This document shows, one piece after another, positions 1 to 13,371 of a stretch of DNA of 64,000 bases (position 1 is its first letter; each line of letters begins with the position of its first letter). The notes under the pieces were generated by a model. The model saw only the letters and a program-made list of their open reading frames with translations. It was not told where the DNA came from and did not search any database. The position numbers and the translations under genes are program-made. The stretch spans positions 165,044,001 through 165,108,000 of the forward strand of contig OZ024743.1 in the NCBI GenBank assembly GCA_964016885.1, in the 5' to 3' direction. Origin of the DNA: Eledone cirrhosa (Eukaryota).

Positions 1-1000
1 TAAGTGGTGCTAAATCGAAACCATTCAATGAGTTGGATTCTGCCAAGGGTGTGTACTGTCACTTCTCCTGCTCATTATTTTCATGAACAGGGCGGTGGAT
101 TGGCAGTATCGGTAGAGGGTCGGACGCCATGCTTTCCAGCATAGTTACGTCCCTTTACGATCTGAGTTCAAATCCCGCCGAGGTTGACTTTGCCTTTCAT
201 CCTTACGGGGTCGATAAAATAAAGTACCAGTAATGCACTGGATAATTGCTGGCCTTGTGCCTAAAGTAGAAACAATTATTTTCATGAAAAGGATTGACAT
301 CTGCAGCCGGGTTGGAAGTAGTATCATGATTGGCAAGTGTAAAATCTGCCAGCTGGTGTTTGCAGACAACATGGTGTTATTTAACTGGACAGAAGGTGAT
401 CTGCTACTTGCACTTGATAGGTTTGATGCCAAGTGCTACATGACTGGAATGAAATTCAGTGCTGCGAAAACTGAGACACTCATCCTCTCAAGGAACCCTG
501 TGCACTGCACTCTACATTTGAATGGAGTTCCACTGAAGCAGTAGAAGTTCAACTATCTCAAGGCCATGTTCACAAGTGATGGAAGGCTGAATTCAGTGCA
601 AGAATTGCAGGAGCTATTGCAGTAATGCGCCAGATCACCATTCAGTAATATGAAGGGAGGTAAGTGTAAAAGTCAAACTTTCTATCAATTCGGTATTCAT
701 GCCAACCCTTACCTATGGTCATGATTCTTGGGTAATGAATGAAAGAATATGATCGCGAATACAAGCGGCCATAATGTCTCGAATACAAGCAGCAGAATGT
801 CTCAGGAAAGAATCGCTGGACAGATTTTACAGGCAAAACCAACAGACAGGACACCCAGGAGCAGACTCCAAGCAAGATGGTCTCACTTGGGGGTCCAGTC
901 AGATCAGTTGGCGACAGATGCTTCTGACAGGACCCACTTCAAGGGGTGTTTCAGGACTCTCCCTCCATGATCCTCTCAGGAATAAGTGGGAGAAGAAGAA
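1..1000 (+). mobile_element. Degenerate RTE-clade LINE 3' fragment, interrupted by a SINE
   Basis: ORF 233..544 has LVFADNMVL (YADD-like) and downstream RT motifs; ORF 749..970 resembles an RTE C-terminus; (GAA)n tail near 990. Confidence 0.75.
88..274 (+). mobile_element. tRNA-derived SINE, family 1 (Nin/Deu-domain-like core), with TSD attattttcatgaa
   Basis: A-box-like tggcagtatcgg, B-box gagttcaaatcc, core gcctttcatcc..ggtcgataaaat; the TSD occurs on both sides (about 74-86 and 275-287). Near-identical copies elsewhere in the window. Confidence 0.9.
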
Positions 1001-1651
1001 GATATAGTGTATTCATACTGTCACCTACTTACTTACACTCGAAACTGCACATTCATACATGTGAACATACATACATACATAATTGTATATGTATGCATAA
1101 ACATGTGATCCAATTGGAAAGAAACTACAGTAGAGAAAGGCAAAAGAAGTACTAATAGCTGATCTCACAGAGGAGATGATGAAGCAACACAATGAGTGGA
1201 AGAATGCTGTGTTGGAAAAGACCTATCCCACCCATGCAAACATGGGAAAATTGATATATGTATGCACGTGTGTGTGTGTGTGCATGTGTATATTGGTGAC
1301 CAACAAGATAAATGCACCTAGTTTACTTTTAAAGTGGTTGTGATAGGAAGGGCATTCAGCCATAGAAAACTTGCTTAGCAAAGGATCAGGATGACTCTTC
1401 AGTTGTATTAACGACATGACCATCTTCCCCGTGCTGGTGCCATGATAACATGCACTTGGTAGAGCATGGAAATGTTTGGCTTGGAAGATGTGGGGCCCCA
1501 TCGGTCTATCTGAGAGGTCTGTAGCTCCACTTAAGTACTGATTTGGTATGTGACACCTCATTGAACTCTTGCTAGCAGGAAAACTGGACTTTACATTGTA
1601 ATGATGATATATATGTGTAGTATGTACATATATGTATATATATATATACAT

Positions 1652-2435
1652 ATTTTTGGCTTAGGTGGTTAATGCCTTCTTGACCACTTTTCAGTTTGTA
1701 TGGCGTTTTAACATATTGTTTAGCTCTAGTTTTCTTAACTATTGGAGCGCTTGCCAGCATTTCTATGATTTTGCGTTTCGTTTCGCTTTTTCTCCCAGCC
1801 GAAATACGATTCTCGCTGAATATATATTTATATTAATCTCCCGAGTCTTACAATTAACCTGTTAATAATTCTATTGACAGATTAATTGCATAAGTTTATT
1901 TTAAAAACTACCCGGTTGAGTGCTTATTCGATTTGTGCTATCTATGCAATTTTTTGTATGATATACACATACTGAATTCATTTGCCAAAACCTGGGGAAT
2001 TTTCCCCTCGTGACTTACACATGTGCCTTTTCAAGGTTCTGTGTCACTTACAAAGTTGGTTAAAGAGCAAAATACCTGTTGATAACGTGATATTCCTCGT
2101 TCGATCTTTATACTGAAAGTTTATAGTTTTAAGCAGACAGTATTATTGATTTAGGTGTCATAGAAACCCTGCATTTGGATTTTACCATCAATTCCACTTG
2201 GGTCCAGGTCTGTTTATATCATTTATTTTGTTTGACCCGTTTAGCTTGACTTGTTTTTTGGCTTAGGTGGTTAATGCCTTCTTGACCACTTTTTCAGTTC
2301 GTATAGCATTTTAACATATTGTTTAGCTCTAGTTTTCTTAACTATTGGAGCACTTGCCAGCATTTCTACGATTTTGCGTTTCGTTTCACTTTTTCTACCA
2401 GCCGAAATACGATTCTCGCTGAATATATATTTATA
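1652..2435. repeat. About 180-bp direct repeat pair (about 1652-1832 and 2255-2435) flanking about 420 bp; possibly a Penelope-like partial tandem
   Basis: tttttggcttaggtggttaatgccttcttgacc...tctcgctgaatatatatttata occurs twice with few differences. Family assignment is an inference. Confidence 0.6.
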
Positions 2436-3084
2436 TATATATATGTCATCATCACTGTTTAACGTCCATTTTTCCATGCTAGCATGGGTTAAATGGGTTG
2501 TTTCAACTTCTCTTCTTATTCCAACCACCTTATTATTTGGGACCTGAGAGTATTCAGGATACAATTTTCTTCTAAACATTTCTAATAACTTAGAAATTTA
2601 TTTAGATGTAAACAAACATTCTATGCAGTGCTGAGATATTATGAAGTCCTTAGAAAATATAGTATGCTCTGATGCAGAAAATAACTGAATACAGTCACTT
2701 GCTATAAATAGCTTAGAAAACCAAGCAAAGCGTCCTTGTAGAGGGAAAAAGTTGCAAGTGACTGTTACAAAGAATCTAACCTCATATCTCTCACATACTG
2801 GCTGAGTGCTCTAGCCATCTAGCTAAGGGACCTCTGACAACAAATACCATCTAAATTAGGAAACTGAATCAAACTGCTTTGAAAATGTAAACAAATTTTT
2901 GTGTAAACCAAATCTTATGAAGGGAATAGATATAATAATCATCATCATCATCACGTCCGTTTTCCATGCTGGCATGGATTGGAGAGGTTGTGGTGTTCTG
3001 AGACTACACAGGTGAGATGAACACATTTGGCTCATACATTTCATTATGACATGGTTTCTATTGCCTTTCTTGCTAAGTGATGAG

Positions 3085-3350
3085 GGCCAAGAGATGTGTC
3101 TTCATAATTCAGCTTAGGTGACACTGACGACTGACTGACTAGAAGCCAGAGGTGTGTTTTTACTGCTAGGCTAAGGTAACACTGACTAACACACAGCTGA
3201 GGGTCAAAGGTGTGTTTTTACTGCTCAGCTAAGGTAACACTGACTAACACACAGCTGAGGGTCAAAGGTGTGTTTTCATTGCTCAGCTAAGGTAAAACTG
3301 ACTAAATGACTGTTGACTGCCGAAAGCCAGATTGTGTATTTTTACTGCTC
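3085..3350. repeat. Minisatellite, unit about 57 bp (ctaaggtaacactgactaacacacagctgagggtcaaaggtgtgtttttactgctcag)
   Basis: About 4 diverged tandem units visible. Confidence 0.8.
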
Positions 3351-4267
3351 ATAAAATATGATACTTGTAATAGATTTTCAAACAACCCATACCTTACAAA
3401 CTTAGTGATATAGTTAACTCTTAGTGATATAGTAAACTCTTGTACTTTAATCAGAGAGTGAAAAGTGACCATTTCTAGAGATTTTAACTCATTGAAATAA
3501 CCATCATCATCATTTTAAATCCATTTTCCATGTTAGGATGGATTAGACAAAATAAAATCGAAGAAATTGCTTTTCTATGCTTTAAGGACACTCTAGTTGA
3601 GAAATTTCCTTTGCAACCACATGGATATAGGTTTGATCCCACTTTACGGACCTTGGGATAATGGCTTTTACCATAGTATCATCAGTTTAATTGGGAATGA
3701 AGTTTGGTAGACAAAAACTATGTGAAAACCCATCATGTGTGTAAGTTTATGTATATATTTATGGATGTAAACGTATGTATGTGTGTATGTATGCCTATAT
3801 GTATGTAAGTTTATGTAAGTGTGTGTATGTAAATCTATGTATGTATGAGTATGTGTGTGCATATAATATATGTGTGTCTGTATGCTGATGTAAACTGGTG
3901 TGTTGACTTGCTTCTCTTTGCAACAATAGCATGTAAATGTTTGATTGTTAAAATTAGCACCAGACTGCAATAAGTATGGATATCTTCATCATCATTTATT
4001 TACAGCCATTTTCCATGCTGAAATGATTTCTAAGGCTGGTTGTCCTTCCTAATGGCAACCACCTTACAGTATATACTGGGTGTGTTGTGTCATGGCACTG
4101 GCACTACCACTTTACAGAGTGTGCTGGGTGCATTTTATTGCGGCACCAACATTACCGCTTGCAGAGTGTACTGGATGCATTTTATCATGGCCAACTAAAA
4201 CTTTTGAAGACAGTGTTCTAGTATGGCCACAGTCTTGTAAAAGATTAACTGATATAAACATCCTTAC

Positions 4268-4384
4268 CTCTCTTAGAGTGTTGAGTTCTTTTAGTGAGCG
4301 ATATTCCTCAATAAGTGGTACTCTATGTGACTCCCATTGGTTAGCCAAACTAACCAATCGCTGAGCACTGTTATCAACAACTGA
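4268..4384 (-). CDS. CCDC22: CCDC22 coding exon 10 (SVVDNSAQRLVSLANQWESHRVPLIEEYRSLKELNTLRE); gene continues beyond the left edge
   Basis: atgtag/gtaagg sites, 117 nt; close to human VVENSAQRVIHLAGQWEKHRVPLLAEYR (from memory). Confidence 0.95.
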
Positions 4385-4804
4385 CTACATTTGAAAATAA
4401 ACAAATAAGTATATCAGATAATTTTCAATAATTAGCAAATTAAATTACATATAAATAGCATGGCAGCAGTCAAATAACTGAAACAATAAAAATATTATTG
4501 AAATTTGTTTTTAACTCTTTCATCGCTAAAACAATACAGCCAAAAATTTTAAAGGTTAATATCAATAACAATACAAGAGCATTATATGTTTGACTGATAC
4601 TCGTTTTTATCTATGTTATCTACTCTGATGTATCAGCCTTGCAACACTAACAATATTAATTAATATTTCACTGGTACTTTATTTTATCAACTCTGGAAGA
4701 ATGGAAGGCAAAGTTGACCATGGCAGCATTTAAACTCAGAACATAAAGAGTCCGGAATAAATACTACAGAGCATTTTATCTGATACTCTAACAATTTTGC
4801 TATA

Positions 4805-4990
4805 CAGGTAAAATTCCGTTATAATAAATACCATTATAATAAATTTTTCAGTATAACAAAATTTGTTTCAATCCCCAAGGTAATAAACAAACAAACACTC
4901 AATTTGTTTTGATCGATCTCATTATAAAGAATTTTTCATTACAACAAATTTTTTTATACCCCTTGAATTTCATTATAATGGAATTTCACA
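4805..4990. mobile_element. Probable pogo/Tigger-type MITE
   Basis: Imperfect inverted ends aaattccgttataat...attataatggaatttc, with TA to the left. Confidence 0.5.
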
Positions 4991-5689
4991 ATAATGAAGG
5001 CTGTATTTTGCCCCTGCTAAAACAGGTGTTAACCTTATAGACTTAACAGCAGGTTTCATACTCATCATGAATTCATTTTTGTAATACTGTTTTATGGTTA
5101 AATTCTCATCTTGACATCAAGCCTTTTAGTTACCTCTTTCAACAGGCAGGATATTAACAGATATTAGTTGACAATATTTCAATACAAAAACAGAGATGGC
5201 CCATGCTATACATCACATGGTTAACAAGAGTATGATCTGGAAACAGAATATAGGAAAGTATATGTAGGTGCAGTGTATGTAGGTTTTGAAACTTCCAAGC
5301 TATAGGTCTACCGCAACAGAGGTAACCAGAACTACTCAACAGCAATTTTGGAGAATAACTCCACACAAAATCTTTTACATTTAAAGAGTCCTTAAACAGA
5401 CAAGTATTTTAAAGACTGCTATATTTCTTGAGTCGTAGATTTAATTAGTCAGCCAGTCAAACATTTGGGTCTTTGGTGCCTTTAGCCAAGACCAGTCTAA
5501 CCCACGCTAGCGTGGAAAATGGACGTTAAACGAAGATGATGATGATGATGATGATTCTATTGCAAGCATTTAGGCTAATTTACAAATACCTTCCCTCATT
5601 CCTCCCACCGGCGTTGAAAAACTGAAAAAGGGTCATAGGCACTGCCATTCCCCACTAATTCATCATTTTCTTCTTGCTCTTGCTCGATG

Positions 5690-7065
5690 AGGCCGGGGTC
5701 ATCCTAAGCCAGCAATACCAGAAGCATCATCATGTAGAGCCGACCAGGTCCACCAGTGCCCTCCATCGCTGGCGGTCCCATGCCAGTTCCTCTGCACCTT
5801 CCAATTCCAAGGTGAAGTCAAGCCTCTGGAGATATTCCTGATGACATCCAGCCATCTGGTGCAGGGCCTGCCACGGGGTCTCTTCCAGCCTGCAGCTGCT
5901 GCATCAAATGAAAGTAAAGCCCTGGTATGATGATCGGGTGGAAAGCGGAGGACATGTCCATACCAGCGCATGCGGTGGATAGCTATGAGGCAGGTAGCTG
6001 TGGGCTGATGCATGTGCACACACAACACTTTGCTGGAAGCATGGTGGTGCCATCTGATGTTTTTGATGGTCCTCAGGGCTCTGCTATCGAAGTTGTTGAT
6101 CCTGTTTGCCAGGGTCTTTGTGAGTGCCATGTTTCTGCTCCATAGAAGACAATAGAGAGGACTGATGCATTGTAAATATGGAGCTTTGTCTTCTAGAAGA
6201 TTGAGCAGTGGAGCCAAAGGGGCTTCCATAAGGAGTGCATGACCCCAGGAGCTAGGTCACATCTGCGGTTGATCTCCGGGGTCAGGTCTCCATTGCTGGT
6301 GACAGTTGGGCCTAGGTAAATGAAGGAGCTAACAAACACCATGGCTTTGGGGCCAATATGAGGCGGAGGAGGATCTGGGCCATTGCTGACATGTGTCAGC
6401 TTTGTCTTTGCCCAGCTTTCTTGAAGGTCACGCATTGCTGACTCCTCACAGTATATGGTCTGTGCGTCTCTGAGCAGATTTATCAAGTTGCTGAATAGTG
6501 TGCTGGTGTCATCTGCGTAATCCAGGTCAGTTAGGTGGTATTTCCCGAAAGTAACGTCAGAAACTCGCTCATAAACCCTGGTCATCAGATAGTCACTGAC
6601 ACAATTGAAGAGGTCAGGGGACAGCCATGCAAACCTGTCTGACCCCATTGTTGATGCGGAACAAGTTGGAGTCCTGCATGCAGCTCTCGGCACTGCTATA
6701 GAGCCGCTGGTACAGGATGGTGATATTGGGAGATGCACCGACAAGCTGGAGAATTTTCCAGAGGGATACATGGTTGAACATGTCAAAAGCTGCCTTGAGG
6801 TCGATGAAGGCAACATAAGGGCAGCAATCTCTACAGAACTCCCGAGATCTTTCAACAATGAGGCAGTGGATTAATTAGGCATGAATCCGGCTTGTTGTGG
6901 GTGACATCCGCTTCTAGTGATGGGAAGAGCACGGTTGAGGAGGATCTTGGTAAAGACCTTGCTTGGGATGGAGAGAAGGGTGATGCCCCTGTGGTTGCTG
7001 CAGAAGAGTTTCTCACCTTGCTGTTTCCAGAAGGGAAGGATAATGCCTTGAGTCAAGTCATTTGT
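5690..7065 (-). mobile_element. RTE-clade LINE fragment (RT pseudogene)
   Basis: Pieces NHRGITLLSIPSKVF, QQAGF, LSPDLFN, DLDYADD, RMRWYGHVLR, KRPRGRP across frameshifted ORFs. Confidence 0.9.
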
Positions 7066-7207
7066 TACTTGTATCATCAGCAAAGTAAGGATGTCAGAGT
7101 GGCTCTCAAATGACTGGACCCCCACTAATGAGACGAAAAAAAAAAACAAAAAAAAATAATATACTAAAATGATAAAAAATCATAGGAGATTACTGTAGTG
7201 ATCTTAC

Positions 7208-7447
7208 CTTCAACATTTTTATGTTGTTTTCAGCATCTGGCAGTAAATCAAGTGTCCTTTTCTTGACATGGTATTTTTCTTCTTTCTCAGCATTTTTACT
7301 CTTAGTTAGTTCAATTTCCTCCATCATTTTCTGCTTCCCAGCTACAAACTTCTTCATTTCCATATCTATCTGGTCTGCTTTGGAACGGTAGTCATTTAAT
7401 TCATCATTCAATGTCTGGATCTCCTCTTCCCGGTTCAATTTCTGCTC
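7208..7447 (-). CDS. CCDC22: CCDC22 coding exon 9, coiled coil (EQKLNREEEIQTL...KKRTLDLLPDAENNIKMLK)
   Basis: ttatag/gtaaga sites, 240 nt; K.R...LLPD...N motif. Confidence 0.95.
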
Positions 7448-7952
7448 CTATAATGAAATATATTTTAAAGCACACATTGGAATCAATTTGTGCATGTGTG
7501 TGTGTGCATCCATATATACATATAGAGAAAGATATTGTACATATATATATATGTGTGTGTTGATATACACCCATATGTGTGTGTGTGCATGTACACACAC
7601 ATACATATAAAGATATTTTATGCCAGCATGGAAAAGTAAAAATAATGATGATGATGATATATATCTATGTTTCCAGATACACACCCATATACATGTGTAT
7701 GAGTAAGGGTGGGTGTACCGTAAACAAGCTTCGGCCTCCAGGACGCATGGTAGACTTTTTAGACTTATTTTCGGAAAAAAATAGCGTATCGACACCGAGA
7801 AATATGGTATATAAAACTGACTAGGTTTATTTATCATAGATATCACCAAATGTGAGTAAAGAATGAATGTGGCCTTTACTTAGAGTCACAAGCATGGCCG
7901 TGACTCTAAGAACACATAAATTCAGGTTAGATCCCTCTACATGGCATCTTAA

Positions 7953-8169
7953 CCCTTTAGCATTCACATTACTCTATATATACTATTATATTTCCATGAT
8001 AAAAGCTTTATCTCGCATAATTATCTCTCATAATATCGAATCTATGAGATTTTGAAAGTATTTATTTTGAGAACAATACCTTATCAGTTTGAGTGACCAG
8101 TTACAGCCAGTTTCAACAGAAAAAGGTAGAGAATTCTGGCCAGTTTTGGCCAGTTTGAACATTAAAGAG
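7953..8169. mobile_element. piggyBac-type MITE
   Basis: TTAA|ccctttagcattca ... tgaacattaaagag|TTAA: imperfect TIRs flanked by TTAA. Confidence 0.6.
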
Positions 8170-8655
8170 TTAAGCAAGCATTTTACAGTGAGATTTGATA
8201 GACAAAAACCATGCAAAATTCCATCAGATTGAATTTATCATTTCTTTCACATCACTAATCAAGGAGACCATCCCCAAAAAGGTCATAGGCACTGCCTTTC
8301 TTTTTTGGTTATTCCTTTTAATACCAAACTGCCTGAAATTACCTTCAGTTATATGACACAAGACAATTTATTTTAAATTACTTATATTCATCACAAAACC
8401 TTCCAACATAATTTATGTAAGAACCTTTAAGTTATGTTCCAAACACCAACTTAATGAGAAGGTTAGTTATATTACAAAACCTTCCAAATTCTTGATTATT
8501 TTCAGAATTATTTGAAAAATATTGGAGGTGTCTTTCATATGAAAAATGGAAGCAAAAGAGTAAGCCATGATTCTTTTTTTTTAATGTCTCTACAGCAACC
8601 ACTTAATATTACACATACACATTATGCACACAGCAGAAAGTCACATTTTACTTAC

Positions 8656-8718
8656 TTCTTCTGAATCTTCTAAAACTTTAGCAGTGGCATCACTAATTTG
8701 AGCAATTTTTTCATCTTC
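8656..8718 (-). CDS. CCDC22: CCDC22 coding exon 8 (EDEKIAQISDATAKVLEDSEE)
   Basis: ttgcag/gtaagt sites, 63 nt open phase-0 exon between exons 7 and 9; low-conservation acidic linker. Confidence 0.75.
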
Positions 8719-8740
8719 CTGCAACAAAAGGAATAATAAT

Positions 8741-8837
8741 TGTTTCTACTTTTGGTACAAGGCCAGCAATTATCCCAGTGTATTACTGGTACTTTATTTT
8801 ATCGACGCCGTAAGGATGAAAGGCAAAGTTAACCTCG
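8741..8837 (-). mobile_element. 5'-truncated SINE family 1 with 12-bp TSD aggaataataat
   Basis: Reverse complement of the SINE 3' half; TSD at 8729-8740 and 8838-8849. Confidence 0.85.
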
Positions 8838-9040
8838 AGGAATAATAATAGTGACAAAATAGTTTTGTAAGATTTATATTGAAATAACAAGATCATTATT
8901 GTAGTAGCTGATAAGGTCAAGGAGTTATAATCTATGTGTGTATTGCAGTTTAGCCACAGGTCTGACCCAGTCAAGCAGACCTATAATTGATCTTCAATTA
9001 TATATGGTGTTTTAGAATAAATCTTCATTATTTAATTCAT

Positions 9041-9227
9041 CAGGGCGGTGGATTGGCAGTATCGGTAGAGTGTCGGACGCCATGCTTTCCAGCATAGTTA
9101 CGTCCCTTTACGATCTGAGTTCAAATCCCGCCGAGGTTGACTTTGCCTTTCATCCTTACGGGGTTGATAAAATAAAGTACCAGTAATGCACTGGGTAATT
9201 GCTGGCCTTGTGCCTAAAGTAGAAACA
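9041..9227 (+). mobile_element. SINE family 1, full length, TSD attatttaattcatca
   Basis: Near-identical to 88-274; TSD at 9027-9042 and 9228-9243. Confidence 0.9.
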
Positions 9228-10985
9228 ATTATTTAATTCATCACAATAACAAACATCCTTAAAATCCCTCCTTACTGACTAAAAAGAAAAAAAAGATACA
9301 TTGGCTAATGTGGTGGTATGGTATGGTCCTGTAACTCCTGATGGAGTCATAAGGGTGCTGTAGTGACATACAGCATTTCTTGGGTATTTTAAGCCTGGCA
9401 GAGCCCATCCCTCTCCAGATTTCTTCCAGAGGAAGAGAAATAGAGAAAGCATTTACCCCCAGTACTAGACAGGTATTTATTTTTATCGAACTTGAATGGA
9501 TGAAAGGCAAAGTTGACCTCAGTGGGATTTGAACTCAGAGAACCAGAATGAATACCGCAAAGCATTCTAATTGGATAATGTATTCCATGATAAATAACGA
9601 CAGGATGGTAATAGTTGGAAACTTTTGATCATAGGTTCATAGGCCTGTTTGATCAGAGCTGTCCTGGGGCTAAACATCAACAGCAAAGGACCTACAGGGA
9701 CTAGGGACTCCACCCATGGCTTTTTACAAATCTGTGTATGCATGTATGTATATGTATATACTACTTTGACGCTAAACTCCACAGGTTGCAGACTGCGCAT
9801 CAACATGAGGTATTTTTCTCCACAAAGTTCAATTCCCAGCAGCAGAGATTAAAGAGCAAAGATCAAGTCCAGTCCATAAGTTGACATTATCAAGCCATCA
9901 TTTTTGCTGCCAGCCTCTGTTTCTCTTACAGCCAACCTTCCTTCCAGGTATAACCTACTCATACCACGAGGATCTATATGACCGTTGATTTATATGACCA
10001 TGTAGTTTTAGTACTCTTGACTTGACAATTGATGCAATTGGTCTAAGCCTGGTAATGTTGAGCAGCTCACTGATACAGATACGGTCACTGAGCCTAACCC
10101 TAACACATACAACCAAAGTATGAACACTTGTAACTTATGCAATCTTGAGTTATATTACATAATTATGGGGGTTGAACTATAAAATAGCAGGATCGAACGT
10201 GTCTTCAACTGTAAACATAAAATTGCAAATACATTCTCCTACTACCACCTGGGATAGCCTAAGATTCAATCCATCTACCATTCTACTCAGACATATATAA
10301 ACCTTATCTCCTAGACTCTTTCACTTCCTTATTATACCTTCCATGTACACTTTGACGCCACTGAAAAAACATTAAACTAAGTCTTATCGGAATGGCCATA
10401 AAACAATGGCAATTCCTTATCTATAAATCTATTAACACCCTTTCGCAACCATAGAAATCAATGACACGGTGCATGTCAACAAGTTTCATTGGTCAATACA
10501 ACAAAACATTTTCAACCAATCAGCATCCAACCCCGTCAACTCTGACATGCCACGCCCAGCCGGAATATCCATCCAAAACAAGTAGAGAACAACATCTGAT
10601 CTTTACCATGAACTCTCTGTATATGATTACTTACTGTTTTTCTTTCTTTTTTATGTCTACTCCTCTTCCCATCTACACACCTACCCTTCTTATAAGGTCC
10701 TAACTAGCTTAGGTAATTATTCTATTTTGATAATTTGATGTGCTGGAAGTTAAAAAAAATTTTGCCATATTTGAATTCGATTTTTCCCAATAGATTATTG
10801 GGATTAGCGATTTCTAGATGATCTTCCATACATGTCAATGAAACCTATGTAAATGTTTGAGATAATTTCTATTGTACAGTGTATTGCGAATGCCCTGTTG
10901 GTTCACATTCACTTCAAAATATTTTTTAAAAATCATGTTCACTTAAAAATAATTTTTTAAAAATCAAAATATTCACAGACATGTA

Positions 10986-11300
10986 TCATCATCATCATCA
11001 TCATCATCGTTTAACGTCTATCTTCCACGCTAGCATGGGTTAGACGGTTTTGTTCCATTTGATGCAGGAATGGTTGGGAGACCGCGTCTCACTCGTACGG
11101 AAGTGTCTCAGGCAGGTTTTCTATGGCTGGATGCCCTTCCTAACACCAACCACCTTCACAGTGTGGACTAGGAGCCTTTTTACCGTGTCTCCTACACGAC
11201 CACCTTACAGTGTGGACTGGGTGCTTTTTTTGTTGTGTCATCGACACAGTGAATGGAAATGCGAGGATGGGGTAGGGTGTGTGGGGTGTATATTGGGTTA
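10986..11300 (-). mobile_element. Non-autonomous element or 3' fragment sharing the RTE 3' UTR and (GAT)n tail
   Basis: (cat)n cgtttaacgtc...ggatgcccttcctaacaccaaccac is the reverse complement of the RTE tail at 29380-29542. Confidence 0.8.
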
Positions 11301-11765
11301 AGAGGTGCCTACTGACTGTAGGTTTGTATGCAAGGGAAGGTGGATCTTCTGTACAACTGCGCCCTTATATATATGTGTGTGTGTATATATATGTGTGTGT
11401 GTGTATACATATATATATATATATGAGTGTGTGTGTGTTTGTATATATGTGGGTGTCTGTGACATATATACTCTGGTCGCACACACACACACACATATAT
11501 ATATACACACACACACACATATATACACACACACACGCATATACACACGCACTTCCTATTTAGCAGGAAATATTTGCTATACACACCCTGTCCTAACTCA
11601 AGTTATATTATACATATGACTTAATATTCAGTCACCAAATTCGGGCTAGATACAGTAATGCCGTATTTGATTGTTTGAAGTAATTTCATCCAACAACACC
11701 ACCAGCTCTCTCTCTTCCATTTTCCTTCTTTCTCTCTCTTTCAATCTACTCTCTCACAACCACTA

Positions 11766-12441
11766 TCTCTTTCTCTCTCTCTATTTATGAAGGTACCCGG
11801 AAAAACCCCATAACACGGGAACCTGTGCTCCGATTTACGCGAAACTTGTTTTATTCCATTTGTATTCCCATTTCAGGGGCAACGTCCTTTCCAACTATTT
11901 TCCCATTATGCGCCATTTTGACTGTATTAATTTATACACAAGAACACAATCACAGTTTCAGTAGTATATATATAAACTATAATAAAGGAAAGTCTGCAGG
12001 ATTGTGTACGGTTTATTTTTTTATCCCGTTTGTAAAATAAGTTGGATTACTTTGAATAAATATTGAATGAATATTACATACAAATTTCATGGCTGTTCAT
12101 TAAATATATTTTGTTTATTTAAAGATTCACTTCTTTAAAATTTCTGAAATGTCAACACTTCCGGTGGTGATCGCTTAAATAAACATACTAATTTTCCGTC
12201 ATTAATTTTCTCCTAATGCAATTTATATATAATATCGTCTTTTTTAATGTATCATGGATTACGTTACTGATTACATAAGACAGTGTAACGCAGTCTTCGT
12301 TCAATTTCTATGTATTATATATTGTCAATTACGATTTTATTTGATGTATCATATCAACATGTATATATACCTGCATATAATATCAATATACACACTACAC
12401 ATGCTAGGAGAAAATCACCCGAAGGGTGATTTTTCTGCTAG
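11766..12441 (+). mobile_element. Probable non-autonomous Helitron
   Basis: A|TC start, 3' hairpin gaaaatcaccc-gaa-gggtgattttt then CTAG|T. The 5' boundary is uncertain. Confidence 0.5.
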
Positions 12442-12469
12442 TATATATAACAATAATACTATTTATTAA

Positions 12470-12679
12470 TCCTTTTGATACCAAACTGCCTGAAAACACC
12501 CCAGTTCTGTTTATTCTACAATGTTTATACTTATCTAAAATCCTTCAATTATAATTTTATGCAAATACTTTTGTTAAGTCATGTTCTATCTTACTAGATC
12601 CTTCAAATTCTTGATTATTGTCAAATTGATTTGAAAATCATGGGCAGTGCCTTTCATTAAAAATATGGTAATGAAAGGG
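12470..12679. mobile_element. piggyBac-type MITE whose right TTAA is split by a solo LTR
   Basis: TTAA|tccttttgatacc...ggtaatgaaaggg|tt[LTR]agttaa; related sequence at about 8310-8563 and 13480-13575. Confidence 0.5.
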
Positions 12680-12681
12680 TT

Positions 12682-13101
12682 TGTAGTGACCTACATTCCG
12701 CGGGCTCATATACATTCTCCGTGCGTTGTTTGGCTCAGTGCAATCAATCGCCGCCAGCGGAGGAGAATGTATCTCTACACGCCCTGAGGGAAAAATTGCT
12801 GCATCGATTCTAGAAATCTCTCTCTTGCAGCTTGAACTCTGAAGGATGAACACAAACAATATGTAACGGTGAGATTTGTACTTTGGCCTGTCGGCCTTCC
12901 TTGGGCCTGGCACAATGCCACATTCCTTTTGTAACCCTTTTATGTTTTACTTCAACTATCAAATTAAACAAACATTACTTTGTGCTACAACAAATAAATA
13001 TACATATCATCTTTTATTTCTCTCGTTGTCAATATTACTATCATATCTTTCTGCTAAAGTGGTTACTCGTGGCATATATATATAATATACCAACTGCTAA
13101 A
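12682..13101 (+). mobile_element. Solo LTR, TGTAG...CTAAA, near-TSD ggtt/agtt
   Basis: GC-richer 5' part, AATAAA near the 3' end, inserted at the MITE terminus. Confidence 0.55.
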
Positions 13102-13170
13102 AGTTAAAGATAAAAAACTTTCAACTGATTTGAATTCAATAGAGACTAGCATAGAAAAATGGTAACTTAC

Positions 13171-13371
13171 TTTAGTGAACTGCAGTTTCTCTGTATGAGT
13201 GAAGCGAGAACCTTTCAATTTTGGCACGTCAGATGCTGCTATTGCTTTAATCACTTCTTTTAGGTCTTCAGACGACTGCAAATCAATTCGAATATTTTGA
13301 TGTTCTATATTTTGACGAATATGGACAGCCAGGCGCTTCTTAATTCTTTGCCGCTTCTTTTCATAATATTC
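13171..13371 (-). CDS. CCDC22: CCDC22 coding exon 7 (EYYEKKRQRIKKRL...KGSRFTHTEKLQFTK)
   Basis: ttaaag/gtaagt sites, 201 nt; KGSRFTH.EK is a conserved CCDC22 motif. Confidence 0.95.

Noticed and set aside
1-4267. Further CCDC22 exons
   Set aside because: No open, splice-flanked segment resembling the C-terminal coiled coil was found; remaining exons presumably lie outside the window.
9890-10750. Possible old Penelope-like relic
   Set aside because: Only faint motif resemblance (RFNP, IKLS) in broken frames; not enough to call.
11279-11619. Overlapping ORFs rich in YIYVCVC/THTH
   Set aside because: Translations of (TA)/(TG)/(CA) microsatellites; likewise at about 1223-1651, 3668-3970 and 7404-7849.
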